Assembly: GCA_049968255.1 (NCBI GenBank)
Contig: JBMFRB010000006.1
Location: 190,207 to 254,206 of the forward strand
Direction of reading: 5' to 3'
DNA from: Candidatus Sumerlaeaceae bacterium
GTDB lineage: Bacteria > Sumerlaeota > Sumerlaeia > Sumerlaeales > Sumerlaeaceae
Length of the DNA stretch: 64,000 bases
This document shows, one piece after another, positions 52,028-61,854 of this stretch (its first letter is position 1; each line of letters opens with the position of its first letter). Made by a program: the position numbers and the translations under genes. The notes under the pieces are model-generated. The model saw only the letters and a program-made list of their open reading frames with translations, was not told the DNA's origin and did no database searches.

Positions 52028-52045
52028 TCGTGAAAGTTTTCACAA
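52028..52045. promoter_or_regulatory. Canonical Rex operator 2 (TCGTGAA-AGTT-TTCACAA)
   Basis: One mismatch to the Rex consensus; centre is 22 bp from operator 1 and it ends 13 bp before the rrf2 ATG. Confidence 0.75.
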
Positions 52046-52058
52046 ATAGCACGAGACC

Positions 52059-52607
52059 ATGCTCGCATTGAACCAAACAACGGCTTACGCCATTCTGACG
52101 CTTGGGCTGCTCGAGGATCCCAACGGCAAGCCATTGCACGTGGAGGAAATCGCGCGGGCGACTGGCATTCCGCGGGCCTATCTGGCAAAGCTGGTGTATC
52201 GCCTCAGGCGCAAGGGCTTTGTGACGACGCGGCGCGGTTTTCGCGGAGGGGTAACATTGGCCCGTCCGGCCAATGCTATCGCTCTGCTGGAGGTGGCGGA
52301 AGCGGTGACGGGCCGGCCTTTTAGCGCGCCGTGCCTGCTAGGGCTGCGAATTTGCGGCGACAGTGCAACGTGCCCTCTTAACCGCTTTTGGACCAAGACG
52401 GTGGAGATGGTCCGTCAGGGCTTGCTGCACGCCACAGTTGCGGACGCGGGGAATCTGCGGTGCGTGGCCTCGGCTCGACGTTTGCGCGACCAGCGAGTTG
52501 CCCGGCTGGACGTGGCCATCAAGCCATCGCTTGGCGGTGAGCAAAATGCGCAGTGGCATGATTCAGGCGGGCCAACGACTTTTCCCAAGGAAGGGAGGGC
52601 CAAATAG
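52059..52607 (+). CDS. Rrf2-family transcriptional regulator (putative Fe-S binding)
   Basis: YA..L, IA...GIP..YL.K, RG.RGG..LAR wHTH; C-x6-C-x5-C motif (CLLGLRICGDSATC). Confidence 0.9.
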   Translation: MLALNQTTAYAILTLGLLEDPNGKPLHVEEIARATGIPRAYLAKLVYRLRRKGFVTTRRGFRGGVTLARPANAIALLEVAEAVTGRPFSAPCLLGLRICGDSATCPLNRFWTKTVEMVRQGLLHATVADAGNLRCVASARRLRDQRVARLDVAIKPSLGGEQNAQWHDSGGPTTFPKEGRAK

Positions 52608-52612
52608 CCATC

Positions 52613-53212
52613 ATGGATGTCACCACGAGGCATATCAAATATCAGGCCGATTGCGACCAGAGTTTCCCTGCAGCGATCAAGAAGATTCCGGGCTGTGAGA
52701 AGCTCGACAGTTGCATCCAGTGCGGCACGTGTTCGGGCGTGTGTCCGCTAAGTATCTACATGGACATGACCCCGCGGCGTGTGATGAACTTGGTGCGCTA
52801 TGGCTTCAAAAAAGAGGTCATGGCATCGAACACGATTTGGCTGTGCTCTTCGTGTTATGCATGCACGGTGGAATGTCCGCGCGAGATAAAAGTGACGGAC
52901 ATCATGTACGCACTGAAGCAGATGGCCATTCGGGAGCGCGCCTACCCACGCCGCTTTGCGATGGTTGTGCTGGCGAATGAATTTTACAAGATGGTGCGGG
53001 CGCGTGGCCGCGTGAACGAAATCCACTTGGTGACGCGGCTGAATCTGCTGACCAATCCGCTTAAGATGTTGGGCATGGCACGGTTGGGAATCGAGCTGAT
53101 CCGACGCGGACGATTCTCGCTGCGGCCTGAGAGCGTGCGCGATCCACAACGCATCCGCGAGATCATGGAGTATCCCGAAAACGGAAACGCAAAGGAGGTG
53201 CGAGCGCAATGA
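52613..53212 (+). CDS. hdrC: Heterodisulfide reductase subunit C
   Basis: CIQCGTCSGVCP and IWLCSSCYACTVECP. Confidence 0.9.
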   Translation: MDVTTRHIKYQADCDQSFPAAIKKIPGCEKLDSCIQCGTCSGVCPLSIYMDMTPRRVMNLVRYGFKKEVMASNTIWLCSSCYACTVECPREIKVTDIMYALKQMAIRERAYPRRFAMVVLANEFYKMVRARGRVNEIHLVTRLNLLTNPLKMLGMARLGIELIRRGRFSLRPESVRDPQRIREIMEYPENGNAKEVRAQ

Positions 53213-54099
53213 GATACCATTACTTCCCTGGATGCTCGGTGCTGGGCACGGGACGAGCGTGTGAGGAAAGCACTCAAGCGGTCATCCGCGAACTTGGCGT
53301 GCAACTAAAGGAAATCGACGATTGGAACTGCTGTGGGGCCACAGCCTACATGTCCGTGGACGAACACAATGCGCTAGCGCTCGCGGCTCGCAACATTGCC
53401 CTGGCGGAACAAGAGGGCGCCACGCAAATGACGACACCTTGCAGTGGTTGTTATCTTGTTCTTAATAAAACAAAGCACTATATTGAGGAATATCCTCAAG
53501 TCGGCAATCGGGTGAAGGGATCGCTGCGCAAGGCGGGACTGAACTACAAGGGCAACGTGCGCGTGCGTCACATGCTCGACATCTTTGTCAACGACGTGGG
53601 CCTTGATGAGATCAAGAAGCACGTAAAGGTCCCATTGAAGGGTGTGAAAGTTGCGGCCTACTATGGCTGTCAGACGGTGCGTCCTTTCAAGGATTTTGAC
53701 CAGCAACACTTTCCCACAAAGATTGATGAGTTATGTGAAGCGCTCGGCGCCAGCTCTGTGCACTTCCCGCTGAAGACGCGCTGCTGCGGGGGCAGTCAGA
53801 TGGGTACGCTTCCGGCGGTGGCCCAGCGGCTAGTCTTTGCGATTCTTCGCGAAGCCAAGCGACAAGGGGCGAATTTGATCGTGAGCGTCTGCCCCCTGTG
53901 CCACTTCAATCTGGACTCCTATCAGGTGGAGATTGTGCGCCGCTTCGGCGAGGACGTCTCGATTCCGTGCATGTACTACACGCAGCTCATGGGGCTAGCT
54001 TTTGGGATAGATCCCATAACATTAGGCCTGCAGCGCAATCTGACGTGGGACCAGTGTGAGCTACGCAATCGGTTCGCGCCTGCTGCGGTGGGAGCATAA
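53209..54099 (+). CDS. hdrB: Heterodisulfide reductase subunit B
   Basis: YFPGC, WNCCG, PCSGC, YYGC, RCCG and CPLC CCG-domain motifs. Confidence 0.92.
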   Translation: MRYHYFPGCSVLGTGRACEESTQAVIRELGVQLKEIDDWNCCGATAYMSVDEHNALALAARNIALAEQEGATQMTTPCSGCYLVLNKTKHYIEEYPQVGNRVKGSLRKAGLNYKGNVRVRHMLDIFVNDVGLDEIKKHVKVPLKGVKVAAYYGCQTVRPFKDFDQQHFPTKIDELCEALGASSVHFPLKTRCCGGSQMGTLPAVAQRLVFAILREAKRQGANLIVSVCPLCHFNLDSYQVEIVRRFGEDVSIPCMYYTQLMGLAFGIDPITLGLQRNLTWDQCELRNRFAPAAVGA

Positions 54100-54112
54100 G
54101 GAGGTGAGTACG

Positions 54113-56104
54113 ATGGAGAATAACGGCAAAGAGGTGCGCATTGGAGTTTACATTTGCCACTGCGGCCTGAACATCGCGGGCACAATTGACGTGAAAGCTG
54201 TTTGTGATTACGCGCAAACGCTGCCGCACGTAGCACTGGCGCGCACTTATAAGTACATGTGCTCGGATCCGGGCCAGGAGATGATCATCGCGGACATCGC
54301 CGAGCACGGCTTGAACCGCATCGTGGTGGCGGCGTGCTCGCCGAATCTTCACGAGGCGACTTTCCGCGGTGCGCTGCAGCGTGCGGGACTGAACCCATAC
54401 TTTTTCCAGATGGTGAACATCCGCGAGCATGCCTCGTGGGTGCACGAGGATCGAGCGGCGGCCACTGAGAAGGCGAAAGACCAAGTGCGGGCGGCAGTCG
54501 CACGGGTTCAGTATCATAAGCCGCTTGAGCGCAAGCGCTTCGCAGTGGAGCAGAGCGTGCTTGTGGTCGGTGGCGGCATTGCCGGCATTACGACGGCCCT
54601 CGAAATTGCTAACAGTGGCAAGCACGTTTTCCTTGTCGAACGCGAGCCTTCGATTGGCGGGCACATGGCGAAGTATGATAAGACCTTTCCGACACTTGAT
54701 TGTGCGGCGTGCATTCTCACCCCAAAAATGAGTGAGGTGCGTGAGCATCCGAATATTACGTTGTGGACGTATTCGGAAGTACAAGAGGTCGCGGGCCACG
54801 TCGGCAAGTTCCAGGTCAAGGTGCGGCGCAAACCGCGCTACATTGATGAGGACCTGTGCGTGGGGTGCATGGAGTGCGTGAGCGCGTGCGTTTATAAGGA
54901 GCCCAAATTCGAGGATGAATTCAACGAGGGACTAGGCAAGCGCAAACCGATTTTCATGCCCTTTCCGCAAGCAGTGCCGCCAGTGGTGACAATTGATCCG
55001 GACACATGCCTGAAATTCAAAACGGGCAAATGCAAATCGCCGTGCGCCACGGTGTGCGACCGCAAGGCGGTAGATTTCACTCAAACCGAGCGAATTGAAG
55101 AGATCGAAGTCGGTGCGGTCGTGATCGCGACGGGCTTCAAGACCTTCGATGCGACGCGTCTTCCGCTGTATGGCTACGGCATTTACTCGAACGTCTACAC
55201 GTCGCTGGAGGTTGAGCGGCTTGTGAATTCGTCGGGGCCAACGGGTGGTGAGATTGTTTGCCGCGACGGACGCAAGCCGAAATCCATTGGCATCATTCAC
55301 TGCGTTGGCTCGCGCGACAAAAAGACAAACCGCTGGTGTTCGCGCGTGTGCTGCATGTACTCGCTCAAGCTAGCGCATCTGCTGCGCGAGCATACGGGCG
55401 CGGAAGTTTACCAGTTCTACATTGATATGCGCTGCCCTGGCAAGGGCTACGATGAATTCTACGAGCGCCTGCTGGATGAGGGAATTCAAATGATCCGCGG
55501 GCGCGCCGCTGAGGTTACCGACTGGACAATGACGCCTGAAGAAGAGGGCAAACTGGTCATTCGCGTGGAGGATACGCTTTCAGCCTACGTCCGGCGCATC
55601 CCCGTCGATATGGTGGTGCTCTCGGTCGGCCTCGAACCTGCAGAGGGTGCCGATGAAGTACGGCGCATGTTTAATATCTCGTGCTCGAAGGAAGGCTTTT
55701 TCCTCGAGAAACATCCGAAACTCGCGCCTGTGGAAACTGCGACTGCCGGGGTATTCATCGCGGGCTGTTGCCAAGGCCCCAAAGATATTCCTGACACTGT
55801 GGCGCAGGCTGGGGCCGCTGCGGCGCACGCGATCGCCTTGCTCGATAAAGGCTTCGTGGAGATCGAGCCAAACACGGCCTACATCAATCCCGATCACTGC
55901 AGCGGATGCAAATCGTGCATCCCGCTATGCCCCTATCATGCGATTAGCTTCGATGAGCAGCTCAAGAAGGCTCGCATTGATGAGGCGCTGTGTGCGGGGT
56001 GTGGGACGTGTGTCGCGGCGTGTCCGTCGGGGTCGATCATCCAAAATCTATTCGAGGACGAAGAGATCTTCAGCGAAATTGACGAGGTGTTGAGCCATGT
56101 CTGA
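54113..56104 (+). CDS. hdrA: Heterodisulfide reductase subunit A (flavin-based bifurcating)
   Basis: GVYICHCG, NIREH, VVGGGIAG, TFPTLDCAACIL, HCVGSRD, CSRVCCM, C-terminal ferredoxin; AAGGAGGT SD. Confidence 0.95.
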   Translation: MENNGKEVRIGVYICHCGLNIAGTIDVKAVCDYAQTLPHVALARTYKYMCSDPGQEMIIADIAEHGLNRIVVAACSPNLHEATFRGALQRAGLNPYFFQMVNIREHASWVHEDRAAATEKAKDQVRAAVARVQYHKPLERKRFAVEQSVLVVGGGIAGITTALEIANSGKHVFLVEREPSIGGHMAKYDKTFPTLDCAACILTPKMSEVREHPNITLWTYSEVQEVAGHVGKFQVKVRRKPRYIDEDLCVGCMECVSACVYKEPKFEDEFNEGLGKRKPIFMPFPQAVPPVVTIDPDTCLKFKTGKCKSPCATVCDRKAVDFTQTERIEEIEVGAVVIATGFKTFDATRLPLYGYGIYSNVYTSLEVERLVNSSGPTGGEIVCRDGRKPKSIGIIHCVGSRDKKTNRWCSRVCCMYSLKLAHLLREHTGAEVYQFYIDMRCPGKGYDEFYERLLDEGIQMIRGRAAEVTDWTMTPEEEGKLVIRVEDTLSAYVRRIPVDMVVLSVGLEPAEGADEVRRMFNISCSKEGFFLEKHPKLAPVETATAGVFIAGCCQGPKDIPDTVAQAGAAAAHAIALLDKGFVEIEPNTAYINPDHCSGCKSCIPLCPYHAISFDEQLKKARIDEALCAGCGTCVAACPSGSIIQNLFEDEEIFSEIDEVLSHV

Positions 56105-56609
56105 GACATACGAGCCCAAAATCGTGGCGTTTTTCTGCAACTGGTGCACCTACGCAGCGGCGGACCTGGCAGGTGTGTCGCGGATGAAATACGCGCCGAA
56201 TCTGCGCACGATTCGCCTGATGTGCAGCGGCCGTGTGGATCCACAGTTCGTGCTCGAGGCGTTTGCTCGCGGGGCGGATGGCGTGCTTATCGGGGGATGT
56301 CACCCCGGCGACTGCCATTACATTAGCGGAAACTATAAATGCCTGCGGCGCTTCAAGCTGCTCAAACGCGTGGTGGAGCAGATGGGCATCGAACCGGAGC
56401 GGCTGCGCCTCGAATGGATCTCGGCCTCTGAGGGCGACAAGCTTCGGCAAGTGGTGAACGAGTTCGTGGCAAAGCTGCGTGAGCTTTCGCCGCTAAATTT
56501 ACCGCAGCGGTTCGTTGAGTGGGACAAGGAGGTTTCCGAGCTCAAGGACAAGGTTGTCGCTGCGCAGCAGGAGCAAGCATCGCACGAGGAGGTGACCAGC
56601 CATGCCTGA
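56097..56609 (+). CDS. mvhD: Methyl-viologen-reducing hydrogenase delta subunit
   Basis: FFCNWCTYAAAD, MCSGRVD, GCHPGDCHY, WISASEG. Confidence 0.93.
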   Translation: MSETYEPKIVAFFCNWCTYAAADLAGVSRMKYAPNLRTIRLMCSGRVDPQFVLEAFARGADGVLIGGCHPGDCHYISGNYKCLRRFKLLKRVVEQMGIEPERLRLEWISASEGDKLRQVVNEFVAKLRELSPLNLPQRFVEWDKEVSELKDKVVAAQQEQASHEEVTSHA

Positions 56610-57573
56610 GAAACCAAAGATCGCATTCTACTGGTGCGCGTCGTGCGGCGGCTGCGAGGAGTCGGTGGTTGATTTAGCGGAGAGCATCCTGGACGTGGTC
56701 GGCGCGGTGGACATTGTGTTTTGGCCTGTGGCCATGGATTTCAAGGTGAGCGACGTTGAGGCCATGCCGGACAAGTCTATTCTGGCGACAATGATCAACG
56801 GCGCGATCCGCACATCTGAGCAGGAAGAGATGGCGCGCCTCTTGCGGCGCAAAAGCCAATACCTCATCGCCTATGGTTCGTGTGCTCATTTGGGGGGGGT
56901 GCCAGCACTAGCCAACCAGTTCGCGCGAGAGCAGATTCTCGAGTACGTATACAAGCAAGCGCCGACAGTGACGAATCCTGAGGGCGTCGTGCCACAGCCG
57001 AAATTTCGCGACAATGGTCACGAGGTGGCCCTGCCGGAGTTCCGCAATGTGGTGAGGGCCCTGGATCAAGTGGTGGATGTGGATTACTATATCCCAGGCT
57101 GTGCCCCCTCGCCTAAGCTTTTAGCGCAAGCGGTAGGCGCCCTACTCAAAGGTGAGCTTCCGCCGAAAGGCAGCGTGCTCGCGCCCGACGTGGCTCTTTG
57201 TGACGAATGTCCGCGCAAAGAATCGAAGCCGACCGAAGTCAGCTTCAAAGAGTTCAAGCGGCCGCACGAAGTCCTTGCTGATCCGAGCCTGTGCTTCTTG
57301 GCGCAAGGCATCATTTGCATGGGGCCAGCCACGCGTAGCGGATGCGGCGCGGCGTGCATTTCCGGCAACATGCCTTGCACAGGTTGCTATGGGCCGCCGT
57401 CACGAGTGCGCGATCAGGGAGCAAAAATCCTTTCGTCGCTGTGCGCCAATGTGGCTGCAGACGAAGAAGCGGAGATCGAAAAGGTCCTGGCCACGATTCC
57501 AGATCCGGTAGGGACTTTTTACCGCTATAGCCTGGCGCGTTCGCTGCTGCGGCGACGTGCAAACCTGAAATGA
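56602..57573 (+). CDS. mvhG: [NiFe]-hydrogenase group 3c small subunit
   Basis: CASCGGC, YGSCA..GG, YIPGC, LCDECP, ICMGPATRSGC..C...PCTGC. Confidence 0.9.
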   Translation: MPEKPKIAFYWCASCGGCEESVVDLAESILDVVGAVDIVFWPVAMDFKVSDVEAMPDKSILATMINGAIRTSEQEEMARLLRRKSQYLIAYGSCAHLGGVPALANQFAREQILEYVYKQAPTVTNPEGVVPQPKFRDNGHEVALPEFRNVVRALDQVVDVDYYIPGCAPSPKLLAQAVGALLKGELPPKGSVLAPDVALCDECPRKESKPTEVSFKEFKRPHEVLADPSLCFLAQGIICMGPATRSGCGAACISGNMPCTGCYGPPSRVRDQGAKILSSLCANVAADEEAEIEKVLATIPDPVGTFYRYSLARSLLRRRANLK

Positions 57574-57594
57574 ACGTTCGAGGAGTGATGAGCC

Positions 57595-59118
57595 ATGGAT
57601 AAACAGATTCAGGATGTTTTCAACGAAGGACACAAGCAGGCCAACGCCGCGTACACGGCAGCACGCCGGCGCATCACAGTGGATCCCATCACGCGGCTGG
57701 AGGGACATGGCAAGATTGACATCTTCCTCGATGAAAAAGGCGACGTCGAGCGAGCTTACTTTCAGGTGCCGGAGCTGCGCGGCTTCGAGGTTTTTAGCTT
57801 GGGGCGTCCTGCTGAGGACATGCCACAAATCACAAGCCGCATCTGCGGCGTATGTCCCACCGCCCACCACATGGCCGCGACAAAAGCGCTGGACGACCTT
57901 TTTAAGGTGGAGCCCCCATCGGCGGCGAAAAAGCTACGCGAACTCGTTTATAACACGTTCATGCTCGAGGACCATGCTTTGCACGTGTTTGTGCTTGGCG
58001 GGCCAGACTTCATCGTAGGTCCGGAGGCACCAGCTTCCATGCGCAACATCTTGGGCGTGGTGGAGAAGGCTGGGCTCGAAGTTGGGAAACGGGTGATCGC
58101 CACGCGCCGCAAGCTGCGTGAATTTATTGCCTATTTGGGGGGCAAAGTCATCCATCCTGTGCTGGGGTTGCCCGGCGGCGTGGCCAAAGGCATTGCCAAG
58201 GACGATCTGCCGCAATTTCAGGAACTGTGCCGAGAAGCGCTCGATTTCGCCCTGTTTACTCTCCAAATCTTCCGCGATATCGTGTTGAAAAACGATGAGT
58301 ACGTGAAGCTCATCACATCGGACGCCTACACGCACCGCACCCATTACATGGGGCTGGTGGACGAGAACAATTGCCCGAATTTCTACGACGGCATGATTCG
58401 CGTCGTGAATCCAACCGGCCAGCAAGTGGCAAAGTTCCCCGTGCAAAAATACTTGGATTATGTGGCGGAACATGTCGAGCCGTGGAGTTACGTGAAGTTC
58501 TGCTATTTGAAGCCGATTGGGTGGAAAGGGTTTGTGGACGGCCCAGAGAGCGGTATTTACTCGGTGGCCCCCCTGGCACGCCTCAACGCCTCCGAGCGTA
58601 TGGCCACACCGGAAGCCCAAAAGGCTCGGGAGGAATACTTCGCCACGCTTGGCTACCCGGTTCATCACACACTCGCCAATCACTGGGCGCGGGTTGTCGA
58701 GATGGTGTACGCGGCCGAACGGATGGTGGAGCTCATCAATGATCCGGAAATCACAAACACGGAAATCCGGCGCCTGCCCACGGAACGCCCGAGTGTGGGA
58801 ATAGGGGTGGTGGAGGCTCCGCGCGGAACGCTGATTCACCACTATGAGACTGACGAGCGTGGCATTCTCACGAAGGTGAATCTCATCGTGGCGACGCAAA
58901 ACAACTCGGCGCGCATGGCGATGAGTGTGGAGAAAGCCGCAAAAGCTCTGATCCGAGGCGGGCAAGTCAGCGAGGGGCTCCTGAACAAGGTGGAGATGGC
59001 CTTCCGAGCTTACGACCCCTGTCATGCGTGTGCCACTCACTCGCTGCCCGGAGAAATGCCTTTGATCGCCCGCATTCGCAACGCGGCCGGCGAGGTGATG
59101 CAGGAAGTCCGACGCTAA
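57595..59118 (+). CDS. mvhA: [NiFe]-hydrogenase group 3c large subunit
   Basis: TRLEGHG, L1 RICGVCPTAH, EAPRG, L2 RAYDPCHACATH followed by a cleavable C-terminal tail. Confidence 0.93.
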   Translation: MDKQIQDVFNEGHKQANAAYTAARRRITVDPITRLEGHGKIDIFLDEKGDVERAYFQVPELRGFEVFSLGRPAEDMPQITSRICGVCPTAHHMAATKALDDLFKVEPPSAAKKLRELVYNTFMLEDHALHVFVLGGPDFIVGPEAPASMRNILGVVEKAGLEVGKRVIATRRKLREFIAYLGGKVIHPVLGLPGGVAKGIAKDDLPQFQELCREALDFALFTLQIFRDIVLKNDEYVKLITSDAYTHRTHYMGLVDENNCPNFYDGMIRVVNPTGQQVAKFPVQKYLDYVAEHVEPWSYVKFCYLKPIGWKGFVDGPESGIYSVAPLARLNASERMATPEAQKAREEYFATLGYPVHHTLANHWARVVEMVYAAERMVELINDPEITNTEIRRLPTERPSVGIGVVEAPRGTLIHHYETDERGILTKVNLIVATQNNSARMAMSVEKAAKALIRGGQVSEGLLNKVEMAFRAYDPCHACATHSLPGEMPLIARIRNAAGEVMQEVRR

Positions 59119-59144
59119 GCGTGCAAGGAGATGGGTGCGTAGGG

Positions 59145-59681
59145 ATGCAGCAAGGGGAAGACAGGCAAAGCGCGCGAGTTCTTGTCCTGGCGATGGGGAA
59201 CGACATCCTTGGTGATGACGCTGTGGGCTTTTTGGCAGCTCGCGCGCTTCGCGAAGATTTCGAAAGCAAGGCTGAGTTTGTTGAGACGGGGGAGGCAGGG
59301 CTTGCGCTTGTGGAACTCTTAGAAGGTTACGACAAGGCTCTTTTGCTCGACGCGTGCGTAACGGCGCGACACGAGGTGGGAACAGTCCTGGAGTATGGGC
59401 CGGAAGATTTTTCGCGAGTCGTTGCTCCCTCGCCACATTATGCAGGACTGCCGGAAGTGCTCGATTTGGCGCAGCGGCTAGAGCTCGACTTTCCACGGGA
59501 AATTCGGATTCTCGCGCTTGAGGTCGAGGATCCTTTCACCGTGAGGGAAGGTCTCTCCCTAGCGGTGGAAGCGGCTCTACCGCGATTCATCGCACGCGCG
59601 CGGCAGGTGTTGGGCGAGCTGATTGGCGCTGGGGCAGAACGCGTCATCGCGCAGGGCGACAGCGCAACGCTCGAACGATAA
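59145..59681 (+). CDS. Hydrogenase maturation protease (HyaD/HycI family)
   Basis: MGNDILGDDAVG, LLDA, SPH motifs; directly after mvhA. Confidence 0.9.
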   Translation: MQQGEDRQSARVLVLAMGNDILGDDAVGFLAARALREDFESKAEFVETGEAGLALVELLEGYDKALLLDACVTARHEVGTVLEYGPEDFSRVVAPSPHYAGLPEVLDLAQRLELDFPREIRILALEVEDPFTVREGLSLAVEAALPRFIARARQVLGELIGAGAERVIAQGDSATLER

Positions 59682-59753
59682 TTTGCTAGCGAGTTAAACT
59701 CTCAGCCTCTGCCACGCACGAGCATGGCATCCATCGCTTCCTGACAAGATGTT

Positions 59754-61766
59754 TTACCGCATACGTCCGGGAACCACGAACTCACGTTCGATCTTCAGCG
59801 TACGGAAGCGGAAAGTGTACGGTGTGTTGGAAAGTGGCTGATTCGTGCTCGTGCGCACGCTGCGGTCAATTGTCACGGTGTATTCCTTGCCTCCTTCGAG
59901 ATCTGCGAAAATTCGAGCGACAGTCCACCCCGTCTTGGGGTCTGCGTCGAAAACGATATTGGGGTCTACATCGAGGCGCGGCCGGATTTTCACCGAGTTG
60001 AGATTGAAAGTCTCGGTGCGGATGCGCGTATTGAAGAAGACCGAGATAGGCATATTTTGTCCGTTGACGCGAGCGTCCACAGCGCCGTCGCGCGGGCTCG
60101 TGCGCATGATGCCGGGCGCCCCAGTGACAAAAGCAAACGTGTAGTCTTGCTTCATCGCGAGGCCTGTCTGATCGGTGGCTCCGCGCCCCACAGTGATTTG
60201 ATACCGCGTGTTGAAACGAATGGGACGAGTGTCGTCGTCGTTGGAAAACACGAGGACGGCGGTGCGATCATCGGCCGCGGGATGACTTCCTGTTCCCATG
60301 TGAAACGTGTAGACAGGCTGTGGCTCCATGACGATGGCTTTCTCTACACTGGCAGTATCCATGGGCTTGGAGAATTTGATCTTCACGATGAGCTCGTAGC
60401 TCACCATGACATTTCGCGCGCCGTCGGGGGGATCGGTCCAGATCACACGCGGGTAGTCGCGCTTGAGCTCGAGCTGGATGGTGCCGACGTCGACGGTTTG
60501 CCCCGGCTGCACGTCTACAGCCTCGAGACGTGCCGGCTCGTAACCTTCGCGTGTGGCAGTGACAACGTAGGTTCCAGGCGGAACTTGCTCGATGAGAAAT
60601 GCACCATCGGAACCGGTCGCGCTTATGAGCCGCGTTCCAGCAAGTGCGACCTGGACTCCTGTGGGATCGGCTGGCTGGTCAGGAGTTTCGCCCTCGAGCA
60701 CGACCTTGCCCTTCACACTGCCAGGTGTGGGTTTTTCAGCCGGTGGTGGGGTAAGATCAATGGCGAGCTCAACGACTTTTTTGTCGCGCAGGTCAGCAAG
60801 ATAGGAGCGGGGCAATGCGCCATCGAGCGAAGCCAATACGGTGTAAAGGCCGGCGGGCAAACGCGCGAACTCGAAGCGGCCGTTTTCGTCCGGCGCCACG
60901 ATGTAGTCCGAGTTATCGAGGGCGAGTGTGACGCGCGAGAACTCGCTGATTTCGTTTCCGGAGGCATCGAAGAGGCGGACGCGCCCGAGAATCATGCGAT
61001 CGCCCGAAAGTTCAGCGCGTGTGATTGGCGCGGTAGCGAACCGCTCTTGAGCCGATTGCTCTGGTTCCATGAGTACGCTGTCGGCTTTCGTTTCCTCACC
61101 ACCAACGATGACAGCGTCAATAGCCACGCTTTGGTAGCCGGGCTTTTCGAATGTGATGCGATAGGCCCCTTGCTCGACATTGACAAAGCGGTAAACGCCG
61201 GCTTCGTCCGTGACCGTGACGAGCGGCGTGCCTTGGAGCCGCACAAGTACACCGTCATTACGCGGTGCATCGACCAGCGTCACATAGCCAAGAAGCGAAC
61301 CGAGGCGCCGCTGCGGGAGCATCGCGGCGCTGTTTGTGGTAAGAGGACTGCCGAGGCGTTCCAGAATTGCTGTGCGGGCAATGTAAGGCTGCTCGCGTGT
61401 GTGGATGGTAGGATCGAGTTCGACGCGATCGACGGTAGCTGTTTGATACCCTTGGCGTTCGGCCACAATCGTGTAGGTGCCGGCCGGCAAATCCGCGATG
61501 GTATAGGCGCCGTTTTCGTCCGTGTGCGCATTATACGAGGTGCCGGCAAGATAGACGAGAATGCCGAGATGTCCGCCTGGCGCAGCATCAGCAAGAAGTG
61601 CGCGGCCCGTGATGTAGCCGCGTTTTTCGGGCATGGCAGCAGCGGCCTCATCCGGGGTCTTTTGCCGCGCACGACATCCCACGAACACAAGCAACGTGAG
61701 GACAGAAAGCAACGCAATTGTCGCCCTTGTCATCGACAATTTGCTCTGCCAGCAAAGATCACTCAT
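59754..61766 (-). CDS. Lipoprotein with repeated carboxypeptidase-regulatory-like beta domains and C-terminal Ig-like (Big_5) domains
   Basis: VFVG-C lipobox; about four repeats of G..V.L.GT...TD..G.Y/F....L..G.Y....GY; two T.P.DGA..V...I...F domains. Alternative start 61733. Confidence 0.78.
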   Translation of the reverse strand: MSDLCWQSKLSMTRATIALLSVLTLLVFVGCRARQKTPDEAAAAMPEKRGYITGRALLADAAPGGHLGILVYLAGTSYNAHTDENGAYTIADLPAGTYTIVAERQGYQTATVDRVELDPTIHTREQPYIARTAILERLGSPLTTNSAAMLPQRRLGSLLGYVTLVDAPRNDGVLVRLQGTPLVTVTDEAGVYRFVNVEQGAYRITFEKPGYQSVAIDAVIVGGEETKADSVLMEPEQSAQERFATAPITRAELSGDRMILGRVRLFDASGNEISEFSRVTLALDNSDYIVAPDENGRFEFARLPAGLYTVLASLDGALPRSYLADLRDKKVVELAIDLTPPPAEKPTPGSVKGKVVLEGETPDQPADPTGVQVALAGTRLISATGSDGAFLIEQVPPGTYVVTATREGYEPARLEAVDVQPGQTVDVGTIQLELKRDYPRVIWTDPPDGARNVMVSYELIVKIKFSKPMDTASVEKAIVMEPQPVYTFHMGTGSHPAADDRTAVLVFSNDDDTRPIRFNTRYQITVGRGATDQTGLAMKQDYTFAFVTGAPGIMRTSPRDGAVDARVNGQNMPISVFFNTRIRTETFNLNSVKIRPRLDVDPNIVFDADPKTGWTVARIFADLEGGKEYTVTIDRSVRTSTNQPLSNTPYTFRFRTLKIEREFVVPGRMR

Positions 61767-61854
61767 GGCTGTCGTATCCTTTGCAATTTCTCTGGAAAAT
61801 CTTATGCCATGCCTAAGCGTGTCATCAATGACCATATACGAGCAGGCAAAAACG

